Shown: positions 61,977-64,000 of the stretch, in pieces
How positions within the stretch are numbered: position 1 is the first letter of the stretch
How the letters are laid out: each line of letters starts with the position of its first letter
DNA from: an uncultured Rikenellaceae bacterium
GTDB taxonomy: Bacteria > Bacteroidota > Bacteroidia > Bacteroidales > VadinHA17
Length of the DNA stretch: 64,000 nt
Direction of reading: 5' to 3'
Assembly (NCBI GenBank): GCA_963818525.1
Contig: CAWFSO010000002.1
Span: forward strand, 1,097,337-1,161,336
Position numbers and translations under genes: made by a program
The notes under the pieces: model-generated
What the model was told of the DNA's origin: nothing
Database searches by the model: none
What the model saw: only the letters and a program-made list of their open reading frames with translations

Positions 61977-64000
61977 ATGTCTGAACTGCTTGACAGTGAG
62001 ATAAAATTCCTCCCCGGAGTGGGCCCGAAGAGAGCCGAGCTGCTTGAAGCGGAGGCAGACATCCATACATTCAGGGATCTCATCTATTATTTCCCCTACA
62101 AGTATGTTGACAAGACCCGGTTCTACAAGGTTAGAGAGCTCGAGACCGACATGCAGTATGTTCAGATCAGGGGTAAGATCCGACGTTTCTCAACCGAGGG
62201 TGGAGGCAGGGGCTCGCGCCTTACTGCTGATTTCTATGATGATACCGGGATGGTCCGGCTGGTATGGTTCAAGGGTCATAAATGGGTCCTGAACACCTAC
62301 AAGATTGAAAAGGAGTATATTATTTTCGGGAAGCCGACACTCTTCAGCGGTGCCTTCAACATAGTCCATCCCGAAGTGGAAGAGGTTGAGAAGCGTGAAT
62401 CGAGGGTCTCCTCAGCGCTCGAGGCGCAGTACAGCACGACGGAGAAGATGAAGGACCACTTCCTTCATTCGAAGGCTATCGCAAAGCTGATGGCAACGGT
62501 CTTTTCGCAGCCCTCACTTCGCTTTGCGGAGACACTTCCCGACTCCATAACGAGGCAGATGAAGCTGATGAGTCTCCCCGATGCACTTTTTCGCATCCAT
62601 TTCCCGGATTCGAATACAGACATCGAGAATGCCCGTTTCAGGCTTAAGTTCGAGGAGCTCTTCTATATCCAGCTCAACCTGCTGAGGTACAAGGGAAGCC
62701 GGACAAAGAACACGCGCGGGTTCCTCTTCTCCGTGGTTGGCGAGAGGCTCAATTCGTTTTACGCCAACAACCTGCCTTTTACGCTTACTGAGGCGCAGAA
62801 AAGGGTGATACGTGAGATCAGGAGCGACCTTGGCAGCGGCCACCAGATGAACAGGCTGCTGCAGGGCGATGTGGGGAGCGGGAAGACGATGGTTGCGCTG
62901 ATGAGCATGCTCATTGGTGCCGACAACGGGTTTCAGAGCTGTCTGATGGCACCGACGGAGGTGCTTGCCATTCAGCATTTTAATTCAATAAGCCGGTTTG
63001 TGGAGGGTGTCAATGCCGAGGTGGCACTGCTGACAGGCTCGACGAAACGGAGTGAGCGGTCGAGGATAGAAAAGGGGTTGCTTGACGGTAGCATAACCAT
63101 CCTGATAGGGACGCATGCGCTGATAGAGGAGAATGTGAAGTACAATAACCTGGGGCTGGTGATCATTGACGAGCAGCACCGGTTTGGTGTGGCGCAGCGT
63201 GCCAAACTCTGGCAGAAAAGCGACTGTCCGCCTCACGTTCTGGTGATGACGGCCACCCCCATCCCCCGCACCCTGGCGATGACGCTCTACGGCGATCTGG
63301 ATGTTTCGGTCATTGATGAGATGCCGCCGGGACGTAAGCCGATAAAGACAATGAGCTTCACCGATGCCGAGCGTGAGAAGGTTTTTGGCTTTATGCGCAG
63401 GCAGATAGAGGACGGCAGGCAGATATACGTCGTTTACCCGCTCATCAGGGAATCGGAAACACTGGATTATAAGGATCTTGAGGATGGACTTGAGAGCATG
63501 GCGCGGGCTTTTCCCCCGCCGCAATATTGTATAAGTGTTGTGCATGGCAGGATGACATCGAAGGACAAGGAGATATCAATGAACCTGTTCCGCCGCGGCC
63601 AGGCGCAGATAATGGTTGCCACCACGGTCATCGAGGTAGGAGTTGACATTCCGAACGCCAGTGTGATGGTGATTGAGAGCGCGGAGCGGTTCGGACTCTC
63701 GCAGCTGCACCAGTTGAGGGGGCGGGTGGGCCGCGGCGCCGACCAGTCGTATTGCATTCTGATGACCTCGCACAAGCGGTCAACGGAGGCCTCGGAGCGC
63801 ATCAACACGATGATAGCGACAAACGACGGTTTTGAGATCGCCGAGGCCGACCTGCGGATGCGCGGGCCGGGTGACCTCGAGGGGACGCAGCAGAGCGGCA
63901 TGGCCTTTGACCTGAAGATAGCCGATCTGGGCAAGGACGGGCAGATACTCAATCTCGCGCGTTCACGTGCCGGGGAGATCCTCGGAGATGACCCTGAGCT
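61977..64000 (+). CDS. recG: ATP-dependent DNA helicase RecG (3' end lies outside the window)
   Basis: Not in the ORF track because there is no stop in the window. My own translation from ATG 61977 gives MSELLDSEIKFLPGVGPKRAELL..., a wedge/OB domain, GDVGSGKT (motif I), DEQHRFGV (motif II), MTATPIPRT, and HQLRGRVGRG. Confidence 0.9.
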   Translation, partial: MSELLDSEIKFLPGVGPKRAELLEAEADIHTFRDLIYYFPYKYVDKTRFYKVRELETDMQYVQIRGKIRRFSTEGGGRGSRLTADFYDDTGMVRLVWFKGHKWVLNTYKIEKEYIIFGKPTLFSGAFNIVHPEVEEVEKRESRVSSALEAQYSTTEKMKDHFLHSKAIAKLMATVFSQPSLRFAETLPDSITRQMKLMSLPDALFRIHFPDSNTDIENARFRLKFEELFYIQLNLLRYKGSRTKNTRGFLFSVVGERLNSFYANNLPFTLTEAQKRVIREIRSDLGSGHQMNRLLQGDVGSGKTMVALMSMLIGADNGFQSCLMAPTEVLAIQHFNSISRFVEGVNAEVALLTGSTKRSERSRIEKGLLDGSITILIGTHALIEENVKYNNLGLVIIDEQHRFGVAQRAKLWQKSDCPPHVLVMTATPIPRTLAMTLYGDLDVSVIDEMPPGRKPIKTMSFTDAEREKVFGFMRRQIEDGRQIYVVYPLIRESETLDYKDLEDGLESMARAFPPPQYCISVVHGRMTSKDKEISMNLFRRGQAQIMVATTVIEVGVDIPNASVMVIESAERFGLSQLHQLRGRVGRGADQSYCILMTSHKRSTEASERINTMIATNDGFEIAEADLRMRGPGDLEGTQQSGMAFDLKIADLGKDGQILNLARSRAGEILGDDPE

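Overview
This is a densely coding chromosomal segment that reads like a Bacteroidota genome. Supporting signs are TAnnTTTG -7 promoter boxes upstream of many genes, the DUF5063 / 3'-5' exonuclease / RlmI and GuaB / PPIase / SurA-like / OstA-like syntenies, a TPR sensor kinase, and many exported hydrolases. I call 51 protein genes, two tRNA-Leu genes, six intrinsic terminators, several candidate promoters and six short-tandem-repeat tracts. I saw no rRNA, CRISPR, transposase, integrase, prophage or recognisable defence genes. Most of the content is housekeeping: mnmA, norspermidine/spermidine synthesis, corA, lysC-lysA, dapB, thrS-infC-rpmI-rplT, lepB, trmD, rocD, mutS2, tex, rlmI, recQ, guaB and recG. 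Six things deserve a second look. (1) A family of 7-bp tandem repeats (TTTGCGA and its reverse complement, plus AAAGTCC and AATTCTT types) is arranged as inverted arrays beside intrinsic terminators at gene 3' ends at five loci. (2) A cell-wall sugar salvage cluster contains an AmgK-like kinase fused to a RapZ C-terminal-like domain. (3) A 5.8-kb segment bracketed by two tRNA-Leu genes carries a TPR-kinase/LuxR pair. (4) That segment also carries a papain-family homologue whose nucleophile Cys is replaced by Ser. (5) Next to it is a secreted protein with two PLAT-like domains flanking a Cys-His-Asp core. (6) An exported isoaspartyl peptidase is fused to a duplicated N-terminal domain. All family assignments come from reading motifs by eye. 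No database search or computation was run, so novelty claims are hypotheses.
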